Source of the DNA: Salinibacterium sp.
GTDB lineage: Bacteria; Actinomycetota; Actinomycetes; Actinomycetales; Microbacteriaceae
Assembly: GCA_004297555.1 (NCBI GenBank)
Contig: SCSV01000081.1
Coordinates: 826-64,825, forward strand
Direction of reading: 5' to 3'
DNA length: 64,000 nt
The notes beneath the pieces are model-generated. The model was not told the DNA's origin. It made no database searches and saw nothing but the letters and a program-made list of their open reading frames with translations. Shown here piece by piece: positions 1 to 8,052 of this stretch. A program made the translations under genes and the position numbers. Positions within the stretch are counted from its first letter, which is position 1; each line of letters opens with the position of its first letter.

Positions 1-3
1 CGG

Positions 4-687
4 CTACCACCACACGGACACCCTGTCACGCATGTGACGATCGAGTTCATTGTCGAAATAGGAGCTCTCGCTTCCGATAACGCCAGCGTCAGTGACCATA
101 CTGGCCGGGGGCAGGTCTGTCCCGGGAGGCAAAGGCATCGCGCCGCTCGAGAAGGCGCGGAGCGTCTTGATTGTCTCGGCGTATTGCGCCTTCAGCGCGC
201 CAGGCAGGTCCAGGTCCCGCCGGACGCGAAAGGCCACCTTGAGGCAGACCGCGGCGGCCTGACGACACACCGCTAGTGCCTGGGTGTTCGTAATGTCAAG
301 TTGGTACCGTCCGAGGTAGCCGTAGACCTCTGCTGTCACCGCATCGATCATCTCGTCCAAGACGAAAGTGTCAATCGCCGCATCGTCCGGAATGCCATAC
401 ACGGTGTTCCCGCTGGCGGGTGGAGTCAGAAAAATGAGTTGGTCAACGCCGAGCGCCCCGGTGCCACGCGACAGCACGACATTCGGTGACTCGACTAGTA
501 CAACATTCACGTAGACGGTGACGGCCAATGCCCCAAGAAACGGCGTATCGAAAACGGTAGTCGAATTGTCCCCAGTCCCAATCGGCTTCTGGATCATGTC
601 GCACGTGATGCGCGCCGCAGAGTCAGACGAGGCAATCGTCATCACGTCGTCACGGTCCATAAGCTTGATGAACGGTGAAGCCGTCAT
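4..687 (-). CDS. Head-tail adaptor, Mu gp36/DUF1320-like, with inserted beta domain
   Basis: C-terminal IDAVTAEVYGYLGRYQL...YAETIKTLRAFSSGAMPL fits the gp36/DUF1320 pattern; downstream of the capsid genes. Confidence 0.65.
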   Translation of the reverse strand: MTASPFIKLMDRDDVMTIASSDSAARITCDMIQKPIGTGDNSTTVFDTPFLGALAVTVYVNVVLVESPNVVLSRGTGALGVDQLIFLTPPASGNTVYGIPDDAAIDTFVLDEMIDAVTAEVYGYLGRYQLDITNTQALAVCRQAAAVCLKVAFRVRRDLDLPGALKAQYAETIKTLRAFSSGAMPLPPGTDLPPASMVTDAGVIGSESSYFDNELDRHMRDRVSVWW

Positions 688-1178
688 CTGACACTCCTCG
701 GAAGCTCCACGTGCGGCCTATCAATCCTGTCCGGTGGCCAATCACCGCCCCAGATCAAACCCTCGGCCCTGGCCACCGGTCCGATGCGATCGAACTTCTC
801 GATGTCTTCCCACGGAACGAATGGCTTGCCCGTCCCAGGGGCCAAAACATAGGGCGCGAGATCGATCGCCCTCGACAGCAAAACACCGTTGTAGTCAACG
901 CCCTGATGGTTGGATTTGCTATGCACACCGTCGCAGTTGGTAACTGTGCCCTTGTTGGCCTCCGCGGTGATCGGCGCAAAATGAACGGCCAGCCTCAGTG
1001 CGTTGACCTCATCGAGAGACATCCTTCCTTGAGCCCAGAGCGCCCACTGCTCCTGCTGGGTACGCATCACCGGCTGACAAATCGAGAGACCTTCGCCCTT
1101 GTACTGTAATGGGTACATCAGCAGCATGGCCTCGACCTTCTGCACCAGGATGGGGTGGGCGTACCTCTGCCAGTTCAT
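684..1178 (-). CDS. Endolysin, M15-family (L-Ala-D-Glu-type) peptidase
   Basis: RTQQEQWALWAQGR, VTNCDG..SNH, AIDLAP, WGGDW, DRPHVEL motifs. Confidence 0.85.
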   Translation of the reverse strand: MNWQRYAHPILVQKVEAMLLMYPLQYKGEGLSICQPVMRTQQEQWALWAQGRMSLDEVNALRLAVHFAPITAEANKGTVTNCDGVHSKSNHQGVDYNGVLLSRAIDLAPYVLAPGTGKPFVPWEDIEKFDRIGPVARAEGLIWGGDWPPDRIDRPHVELPRSVR

Positions 1179-1181
1179 GCC

Positions 1182-1355
1182 TCAGCCTCCGATTGGGCTG
1201 TGCCTGCGAACGTCGGGACCACCGGTGTCGATCGCCGTCTGTTGCCAGAATGCCTTGTCGGCGTCCGAGAGGGCGTTCCAGGTATCTTCGTTTCCGCCGC
1301 CGGAAGTCAGGAAGAGCTGCTTGCCCTCGGCGTACGGATCTGCTGTTGCTGTCAC
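1182..1355 (-). CDS. Small acidic hypothetical protein (57 aa)
   Basis: GTG start overlaps upstream stop; GGAGG RBS. Confidence 0.5.
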   Translation of the reverse strand: MTATADPYAEGKQLFLTSGGGNEDTWNALSDADKAFWQQTAIDTGGPDVRRHSPIGG

Positions 1356-1939
1356 GGGTGACCTCCTAGAAGTTTGATGATGTGCGGCAGGCCGTCCTGT
1401 ACAATCTTTACGGCCAGGCCTGCCGTCAGTGTGATCGCCAGCCATCTGATGGCTTTGGCGCTTTTTGAGAAGTTGGCCCATTCGATGGCCAGAGTATCCA
1501 CCTTGGTGACGAGGCCATCGCGCCCAGCGTGCGCATCGGTTCCGAGTAGGATGGATCTGTTCGCCGACTCCATTGCCGATCGCTCGTTCATCTTCTTCAC
1601 CGTATCCGCGAATCTGTCTTCCAGCCTATCGAACCTAAGACTCAGATTTCCGACGACCGTGGCGTTCTCGAGCTTGTGACTCTCTCGCCAGCTCTTGAGG
1701 TTTTCGATATCCGCCACCTGGCGCGCGAACTCGCGATCGCGCCAGGTTTCCCAGTTGGCCCAGCCGTGAAATGCCTTGGAGAGTCTTTCGTCGAGCATCT
1801 TGTTGATCTCGTCGAGCTCTCTCCTGACGAGGGCGAAGGATTCCTCTGACCTCTCATCGACTCTGCGAATCTCTGCACCGAGCCGAATGAATTCGGCGTC
1901 GAGCCCTGCTGTTGCATTCTGGTGGTTATGCTCTGCCAC
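1352..1939 (-). CDS. Coiled-coil protein with C-terminal TM helix (holin/XhlA-like)
   Basis: Helical heptad body; C-terminal AIRWLAITLTAGLAVKIV; GAGGTG RBS before GTG at 1939; close to the endolysin. Confidence 0.55.
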   Translation of the reverse strand: MAEHNHQNATAGLDAEFIRLGAEIRRVDERSEESFALVRRELDEINKMLDERLSKAFHGWANWETWRDREFARQVADIENLKSWRESHKLENATVVGNLSLRFDRLEDRFADTVKKMNERSAMESANRSILLGTDAHAGRDGLVTKVDTLAIEWANFSKSAKAIRWLAITLTAGLAVKIVQDGLPHIIKLLGGHP

Positions 1940-2068
1940 ATCGTCACCTCGCTGCCGTCTTACTGCTGGCCGCCATGGTGGCGTAGCCGGTCCTCTCGAC
2001 ATGGTTCACCCCCCTCATCAGGTAATGACACCTAGCGAGCAGGACGTGAGCGGGTCGAGTCGAAAAAT

Positions 2069-2221
2069 TCACAGACGACGGTCCTGAAGGATTTTGATGA
2101 CGACGACGATGAGAACCACGACCAGCAGAATGTGGATCAGCCCTCCGGCAGAAAATCCGCCCAGGAGTCCCATTGCCCACATCAGGACTAGTAGAACAAT
2201 CAGTAGCGTCAATGGGTCCAT
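2069..2221 (-). CDS. lmo0937/DUF5670-like small membrane protein (50 aa)
   Basis: LLIVLLVLMWAMGLLGGFSAGGLIHILLVVVLIVVVIKILQDRR matches the family pattern as recalled. Confidence 0.75.
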   Translation of the reverse strand: MDPLTLLIVLLVLMWAMGLLGGFSAGGLIHILLVVVLIVVVIKILQDRRL

Positions 2222-2222
2222 A

Positions 2223-2651
2223 TCAACTCCCTTCAGGGGCCGAGGCGCCTGCCGCGGCAGCTTCATCCGTTGCGGGTGGATCCTCGAATCCAAGCCAGGA
2301 TCGAATTGCGGTGACGGCTGTTTTGCGCGTCCATGCCGCGCCACCCGCGAGAATACCGATAGCGTAGGTCCTCCAGTCGATCTCCCCCGAATACACTGAG
2401 CTCACCGTATAGTCGATAAAGAAGAGGGCGAGTCCGCAGTAGGCGTTGATCATCCCCTTGGATTTATACCAAGGCACTACCCTTACGGTTACGTGTGCCG
2501 CGGATGCCGGAAGCGGCCCGCTTACGGGCGCTAGGGGAGCTGCGACTATGGCGCCCGGGGCGCTGGTGGTGCTGGCCATCAGCGTGCCAGCGGGGGCGGC
2601 GGCTCCAGGGGCGGGCGTTGGTGTCTCAGTAGCCATGTCCGATCCCATCAC
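2223..2651 (-). CDS. Putative holin (2 TM) with Pro/Ala-rich N-terminus
   Basis: PWYKSKG followed by two hydrophobic segments; lies in the lysis cluster. Confidence 0.55.
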   Translation of the reverse strand: MMGSDMATETPTPAPGAAAPAGTLMASTTSAPGAIVAAPLAPVSGPLPASAAHVTVRVVPWYKSKGMINAYCGLALFFIDYTVSSVYSGEIDWRTYAIGILAGGAAWTRKTAVTAIRSWLGFEDPPATDEAAAAGASAPEGS

Positions 2652-2941
2652 GGCTTCTTGGCCGTCTCCAGTTCGTCCATGATCTGGACGCCAAGCATGA
2701 ACAGCTTCTGCGCCGGAGAGTCGGGACCCATGGTGGCCGCGGCCTTGAGCAGGTCAGTTTTCAATGTGCTGGAGCCGGCCGGTATCGAGGCCCCGTTCAC
2801 GGCGCCAGCGATCTCCTCGACGATCTGGACGACGCGTGGCCCCTCGTTGAGGATCAGCCGCATCGCAGGATTCTTCAGCACGTTCATCACGAAGGTGAGG
2901 ATGGAAGGGCTAAGTACCGGGGGCGGGGCGGTTTCTGGCAT
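2648..2941 (-). CDS. Hypothetical protein
   Basis: Coupled ORF, AAGGAG RBS. Confidence 0.55.
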   Translation of the reverse strand: MPETAPPPVLSPSILTFVMNVLKNPAMRLILNEGPRVVQIVEEIAGAVNGASIPAGSSTLKTDLLKAAATMGPDSPAQKLFMLGVQIMDELETAKKP

Positions 2942-3120
2942 TACGACTCCTTCTTCGGCGGATGGGTTTCGAAATATGGCTCGGCGAGAGGCTTTTCCTC
3001 GGCCGCAGCCTTGATGGCCGCCTTGGTGTCGGCAGCTTTGTCTTCCTTGTTGGGGACAAGCCCCAGAATCTCCACCGCCGCCTGCAGACCGAAGACGACG
3101 GCGTCTACAACGCCAGCCAT
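2941..3120 (-). CDS. Small hypothetical protein (59 aa, MAGVVDAVVFGLQAAVEILG...)
   Basis: Read by hand (below the ORF-track cutoff); TGATG coupling upstream, TAATG downstream. Confidence 0.55.
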   Translation of the reverse strand: MAGVVDAVVFGLQAAVEILGLVPNKEDKAADTKAAIKAAAEEKPLAEPYFETHPPKKES

Positions 3121-3434
3121 CAGCGTAGCCCCTTCGCGACGCGTTCGAACTCTAGAATTTTGGCCTTCGCATCCGCGAGCTGCAGTGGAAATTTTCCACC
3201 GATACCGAGCGCTATACCCGCGGCCTTGTTGGCCGGATCCGCGGCGTCGCCTGCCTTCTTCGTGGCGCGGCAGGCGTCGATCATCTCTTTTGTATACATG
3301 CGCTCGACCCCACAGCTTGCGTTGTACCTGGCCTGATAGAAGTCGTAAGTGTTGCGAAGAGTACGAATCTGATTCGCGGGCGACATGCAGCCGCCCGCGA
3401 ACAGAACAAGGACGAGAGGTCCGGTTCGACGCAT
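3120..3434 (-). CDS. Lipoprotein (spanin-like candidate)
   Basis: MRRTGPLVLVLFAGG-C: basic n-region, hydrophobic h-region, lipobox-like Cys. Confidence 0.6.
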   Translation of the reverse strand: MRRTGPLVLVLFAGGCMSPANQIRTLRNTYDFYQARYNASCGVERMYTKEMIDACRATKKAGDAADPANKAAGIALGIGGKFPLQLADAKAKILEFERVAKGLR

Positions 3435-3439
3435 CCCTC

Positions 3440-3745
3440 TTAGCTGTGCGGCGAGGACGGCGTCAGCGTGGCATCAGCGTTGTAGCCGATCTGAGTCACG
3501 GTCAGCGTGATCTGGTCGACCCCGGCGCCAGGCTGCGCGTCGAACGAGGCCGTCACGTCGCACGGCCCGCCGGCGCTGAGCTGCTTCGCGACCTTGGATC
3601 GCGGATCGGCCGGGACCGTGTCCTCGAGGGCAACGATCGTGGCATTTCCCGTCGTCCAGGTGATCTCGCCGTCCGCCGCGGCTGAGCCGGTGATGGTGTA
3701 GGTGATTTTCTTGCCGACTGGGCAGTAGGTTGTTCCGACGTTCAT
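3440..3745 (-). CDS. Single Ig-like (Big_2-like) domain protein
   Basis: Beta-rich; ITWTTGNATIVAL...GPCDVTASF pattern; AAGGA RBS. Confidence 0.55.
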   Translation of the reverse strand: MNVGTTYCPVGKKITYTITGSAAADGEITWTTGNATIVALEDTVPADPRSKVAKQLSAGGPCDVTASFDAQPGAGVDQITLTVTQIGYNADATLTPSSPHS

Positions 3746-3769
3746 GGTGTGGTCCTTTCGAGGCCGACC

Positions 3770-5386
3770 TCAGTCGGCATTAATGATCAGGAATGTGACT
3801 TGAGTGTTTGAGGTACAAGCTGCTGTCATCGTAATTGTGAATGATCCGGCCGATGGAACTACGGCCTTCACGGCGCATGTTGCATCGACGAAGCTCGCGA
3901 CCGCGAAGACGTGAGTATTGGTGGAGTTGCATACGCTATCGGTTACGACGACACTCGACGCCGAAGCCGCTACGTTCACAAAACCGGAGGCCTTATTGAT
4001 CGTCACGGCACCTACAGTCGCCGTATTAGTATAGTCAAGATATAGCTTCGAAAAGTTGGTATTTGTCCCAGTCCCTAGCGACGTAGCGCCAGCTCCGTTG
4101 GGGATCATCGCACCGTTACCGAAGTAGAATTTTAGCGCGCCTGCGAAACAGTAGCCCCACAAGTTCGCGCCAGCATCAACCCACCCAGAGGTCTGGGCCG
4201 TGCTCATTGAGATAGCTGGTGTACATCCATTGACATCACCCGGGCCGATGACCACTTGACCTGGGCCGCCCGCAGTGCCAGTGCCAACGCCTGCGCCGGG
4301 AGTCAGATTGATGTTTCCGCCCCTTGCGTTTCCAGACGTTTTCTGTGCAGCGGCGCCGCCTGTAATTGTAACGGCCCCGCCGGCCGCTGCCCCAGCATTG
4401 GTAGACCCGGCGGTTGCTGCGGAGGCGGTAAGGCTCGCATTGGCACCTGCCACGGTAGAGGCGGCCTGCGTTGGAGCCGTAGCCGTAGTGCTGATGTCAG
4501 TTCCTGCGGTACTGGTGCGCGCGTTGATCACCGGACTCGTCAACGTCTTGTTGGTCAACGTCTGCGTGTCGGTGTCCCCGACGATGGCGCCGCTCGGCGC
4601 TGTGACGGCCGTGAACGGCGACGTGCCGTTGCCCTTGAGAATCCCGGTTAGCGTCGCGGCGCCGCTTCCTCCCTGGGCGACCGTCACTGCGGCGTTATCG
4701 GTCAGGATCGTCGAGGAGGCGTTGGGAAGGGTGAACGTCTTCTTCGATGTCGCCGGACCGCTGAACGCTGTGAAGCCATTCTCGGTGCCGCCATTCGCCC
4801 CGGGGAGTATCCCTGTTACCTTCGTCGTGAGATCGATCGTCGCGTTGGTGATGTCGGCGTTGACGATCGCTCCGAACGATGGATTACCGGAGGCGTTTCC
4901 GTGCAGGACAGTCGTGGTTGTTCCCTGGTTCGCAAACTGAGCTCCAGCCAGAGTCAGGCCCGTACAGGTCAGGTTTCCGTTCGCGGCGATCGAAGTGGCG
5001 AATAGATTCGACCCGCACGCGGTCGGGGTTGCCGCAAGGGCAGTGGCGGTAGCTGCGTTTCCAGTCGTATTCTGATTCAAAGTTGGAACATCAGCCCCAA
5101 CAAGTGATCTGCATGCCGGCACTGCCGCGCCTCCGGACGTTGCTGAGGCGAGGACCTTGTTGGCCGTGCATGTCGCAAAGTCAAGGTTGAGCCTTGGCGT
5201 CGTCGACGGCGTGTCCCACGTAATCACGAAGGCCGATCCGATCGTAGCGCTTCCGACGTCGGTCACCGTCCCGCTGCCACCGCCGCCGGCCGCACAGTCA
5301 GAGCCGTCCATTTTGCACGGCCCCACCAGGTCCTGCGCGTAGGCAGGCCAGGCAAGCAACATGAGGATCGCGATAAGGCGCTTCAT
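3770..5386 (-). CDS. Fibre-like Gly/Thr/Ala-rich protein with N-terminal Sec signal peptide (538 aa)
   Basis: Coupled ATGA start MKRLIAILMLLAWPAYA|QD; fibre-type motifs NQNTTGNAATAT, TGILPGANGGT, DTQTLTNKTLTSP, TATVGAVTINKASG. Confidence 0.7.
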   Translation of the reverse strand: MKRLIAILMLLAWPAYAQDLVGPCKMDGSDCAAGGGGSGTVTDVGSATIGSAFVITWDTPSTTPRLNLDFATCTANKVLASATSGGAAVPACRSLVGADVPTLNQNTTGNAATATALAATPTACGSNLFATSIAANGNLTCTGLTLAGAQFANQGTTTTVLHGNASGNPSFGAIVNADITNATIDLTTKVTGILPGANGGTENGFTAFSGPATSKKTFTLPNASSTILTDNAAVTVAQGGSGAATLTGILKGNGTSPFTAVTAPSGAIVGDTDTQTLTNKTLTSPVINARTSTAGTDISTTATAPTQAASTVAGANASLTASAATAGSTNAGAAAGGAVTITGGAAAQKTSGNARGGNINLTPGAGVGTGTAGGPGQVVIGPGDVNGCTPAISMSTAQTSGWVDAGANLWGYCFAGALKFYFGNGAMIPNGAGATSLGTGTNTNFSKLYLDYTNTATVGAVTINKASGFVNVAASASSVVVTDSVCNSTNTHVFAVASFVDATCAVKAVVPSAGSFTITMTAACTSNTQVTFLIINAD

Positions 5387-5742
5387 TTGGGAAAATACTC
5401 TAGGTAGAGATTGTCGACGGTACCCGCACTGCGAGTCCATGTGACGCTCGTCAGTGTGCTTGGGTTGAACCAGTAGTATTCAGTGCAGGCGGTCGACGTC
5501 GACAGACTGACTGATTTGGTGGTCACCAGTTTGCCGGTCACCGACCCCTGGTTGAAGGAAACGACGCCCGAGAAACCAGTCGTGCAGAGCTGCCAGTTGA
5601 ACTTGTTCGGGCCGCTGACGTTGAACTCGCCGGTTGTGCCGGACGCACCGCTTGGTGTGGCCGGGGTGATTGTCGTGACGCCAGCGAGGAGAGGAAGCGC
5701 CAGCAGGAGGCAAGCCAGCGGGGGGAGAAGCCTTTTCGTCAT
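5383..5742 (-). CDS. Secreted small beta-sandwich protein
   Basis: MTKRLLPPLACLLLALPLLA| signal peptide; beta-strand-rich mature part; GGAGG RBS. Confidence 0.65.
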   Translation of the reverse strand: MTKRLLPPLACLLLALPLLAGVTTITPATPSGASGTTGEFNVSGPNKFNWQLCTTGFSGVVSFNQGSVTGKLVTTKSVSLSTSTACTEYYWFNPSTLTSVTWTRSAGTVDNLYLEYFPK

Positions 5743-5743
5743 G

Positions 5744-6313
5744 TTACCTCCGGAAGCTCTCGAGATACGTGGCTGCAGCGCGAAGGCGCTCAGGGTTGTC
5801 TTTCATGTGGCCGAGGGCTGTATTACAGGAAACGCACAAAAGGGCGCGGATGGCACCGGTGGCGTGGTCGTGATCGACCGAGAGCAACCTTGGAGTGCCG
5901 CCACGACCGATGGCCGTCTCTGGGTTAGAGCAAATTGCGCAGAGGTCGTTCTGTCGCGAGCGCATAGCCTCGTAGTCGGCGCGTGAGATACCGTAGGCCC
6001 ACTCGCGTTGCCTCGCGCAGGCCTTGCCTGGGTCGGCGGCATGGCGAATTCTGGCCAGCTCATTAAACCTATCTATGTTTTTGGCTCGATACTCCGAGGA
6101 CCAATGCGGATTTCGTTTTCTCCAAGCGTTGGTTCTTTTGCGAGCCATCACCCTCTGCTCTTCTGTCAGCACTGGTTGCTTGCGCATGCGGTCACGGGCC
6201 CGGGCGGCCTCTGGATCGCGCGCACGACGAGCCTTGGCCCACTGGGCAGCCAGCCGACGTTTCGCATCGGCTGGCTGCAGGCTCTTCGGGAAGATTAGGT
6301 TGAGCTTTACCAC
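5744..6313 (-). CDS. Endonuclease VII-type His-Me finger (homing-like) nuclease
   Basis: CAIC...LSVDHDHATGAIRALLCVSCNTALGHMKDNPERL. Confidence 0.85.
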   Translation of the reverse strand: MVKLNLIFPKSLQPADAKRRLAAQWAKARRARDPEAARARDRMRKQPVLTEEQRVMARKRTNAWRKRNPHWSSEYRAKNIDRFNELARIRHAADPGKACARQREWAYGISRADYEAMRSRQNDLCAICSNPETAIGRGGTPRLLSVDHDHATGAIRALLCVSCNTALGHMKDNPERLRAAATYLESFRR

Positions 6314-6331
6314 GTAAGTGCTTTATTTTGC

Positions 6332-7312
6332 TTAGCTTGTCTCGACGGAGAGCACGTGCTTAAGGACATAAATCCCATCATTGCTAAGCACATGCAAATG
6401 ATCCCAGATGTCGACGCTCACCCACGTCCGGAGGACGTCCTGCTCCGCATCGCGGAACACCTTGGTTCCGTACGAGGGCGAGAAGTTGTTCCACCTCATC
6501 TGCGCCATCGCCGTGAAGCTCCGCTTGTTGCCGGCGAAGCCAGGATCGACGTAGACGAGATAGACGTCGTCGCTCGACCATACGCGCGAGAACGCCGCGG
6601 TCTGACCCGCAGCGGCCGTGTCGTGCATTAGGCCTGGGGTGATGATCGGGATACCGACGATGTTGTCCGGGAGGATCCCGCCGAGCTGCATGCGCGAGTC
6701 GGTGTACTTCAGCTTCTCACGTAGGAAGGCGCTGAGCACGTCGGCCACGAGGGGCGGGATGACGATGCGCCAGTTCCCGCTCTTCATGTCCTTGAGGCTG
6801 TTGATCTCCGCCTGGCGTGCTGCCGCCGTGATGTCGGCGATCGGGTCACCAGCGAAGCTGGCCGCGTCCCACTTCGTTGTGGGACTGGCGTTGTGGTTGG
6901 AGACCGACTGCACGGCGTCGAGTGCCGTCTTGACGGCGATCTCCATCTCCATGCGGAGATCGTCGATCTTGTCCTGCTGCTCGGTGATCTCGTTCCCGAG
7001 CAGGTCCCCGTGCGGCTGAGCCCTGACCTCGTCGAGGACGTAGCCACGGAGCGCCCGACGCTCGCAGCGTCCGGGGTCGAACGTCGGGGCCACCGAATCC
7101 TTGACGTTCGGTTTGCCTCCGGGCCCGACCTTGGTGCTCACCTTCTGAAGACGAGCCACCGGTGATGTGAATTTCGGCACCGAGTAGTCCTGCGTGTCCG
7201 TCGGGGTGGGCACGGCGAGGAGCTCGTTGATTGCCGAACCGCCCTGACCCTGTTCGATTGCGAACTGGGTCAGGAGCAGGTTATATGGATACAGATCCGC
7301 GGTGCTTTGCAT
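6332..7312 (-). CDS. Major capsid protein
   Basis: 326 aa after protease and decoration genes; KWDAASFAGDPIADI...IVIPPLVADVL...VWSSDDVYLVY resembles lambda gpE/Mu-type HK97-fold MCPs. Confidence 0.8.
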   Translation of the reverse strand: MQSTADLYPYNLLLTQFAIEQGQGGSAINELLAVPTPTDTQDYSVPKFTSPVARLQKVSTKVGPGGKPNVKDSVAPTFDPGRCERRALRGYVLDEVRAQPHGDLLGNEITEQQDKIDDLRMEMEIAVKTALDAVQSVSNHNASPTTKWDAASFAGDPIADITAAARQAEINSLKDMKSGNWRIVIPPLVADVLSAFLREKLKYTDSRMQLGGILPDNIVGIPIITPGLMHDTAAAGQTAAFSRVWSSDDVYLVYVDPGFAGNKRSFTAMAQMRWNNFSPSYGTKVFRDAEQDVLRTWVSVDIWDHLHVLSNDGIYVLKHVLSVETS

Positions 7313-7343
7313 TTGCGTGTTACCTCATCACGTCATTCAGCGA

Positions 7344-8024
7344 TCAGTTGGCGCTGCGGGCAACTTCGTAGAAGTTGGTGCCGTCGAAGACCAGCGTGAT
7401 CGTGTCGTCTGCGGTCGTCGACATGTTGCCGGCCAGCTTCAGGTTGTTGCCGTCGGTGAAGGTCAAGATGCCGTCGAAGATGATCGTGATCATCGTCCCG
7501 GCCGCGATGCCGGTTGAGGTGATCGACGTGATGCTGGTGGTCCCAGTCACGTGGAAAACGTGACCGGTCGGAACGATCGCGCTGGCGCTGGCCACCGCCG
7601 TGCCGAACGATGCCGCCACGTTCGAGCCGATCGGGGGCCTGCGGCCCACGATGATCGAGACGTAGTCGCCGCTCGAGCCGCCCTTGAGCGCCTGTCCGCC
7701 GACGGGGCTGAACCCATCCCACGTAACGCCGACGCCACTCGCACCCGACTGCACGTACGCATCGTCCGCGACGGTGCCGCCGAGCTTGATGAGAGCGATG
7801 CCGTCCATCCGGATCGTCTGGTCCGAGTTGATGGCAGCGTTGCCCTCGAGAATTCCGTGAATCGCTCCGCCGGCGCTCGAGAGAACGAAGAAGTTCCGAT
7901 CCGTGTCGAGGGTGACGAAGAGGCCGCCCCCCTGGAGCGGTGCGGTGGGATTCCCCGTGACGGCCGCGGTCGCGCGGGCCGAGATCGAGGTGACTCCCGC
8001 CGTCTTGTCGTTGAGCCTTGCCAT
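7344..8024 (-). CDS. Capsid decoration/cement protein (DUF2190-like) with C-terminal extension
   Basis: IRMDGIALIKLGGTVADDAYVQSGASGVGV...GQALKGGSSGDYVSIIV; located between protease and MCP. Confidence 0.65.
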   Translation of the reverse strand: MARLNDKTAGVTSISARATAAVTGNPTAPLQGGGLFVTLDTDRNFFVLSSAGGAIHGILEGNAAINSDQTIRMDGIALIKLGGTVADDAYVQSGASGVGVTWDGFSPVGGQALKGGSSGDYVSIIVGRRPPIGSNVAASFGTAVASASAIVPTGHVFHVTGTTSITSITSTGIAAGTMITIIFDGILTFTDGNNLKLAGNMSTTADDTITLVFDGTNFYEVARSAN

Positions 8025-8052
8025 TTTCTTTCTCTCCTTTGCTTTTCGTTTC

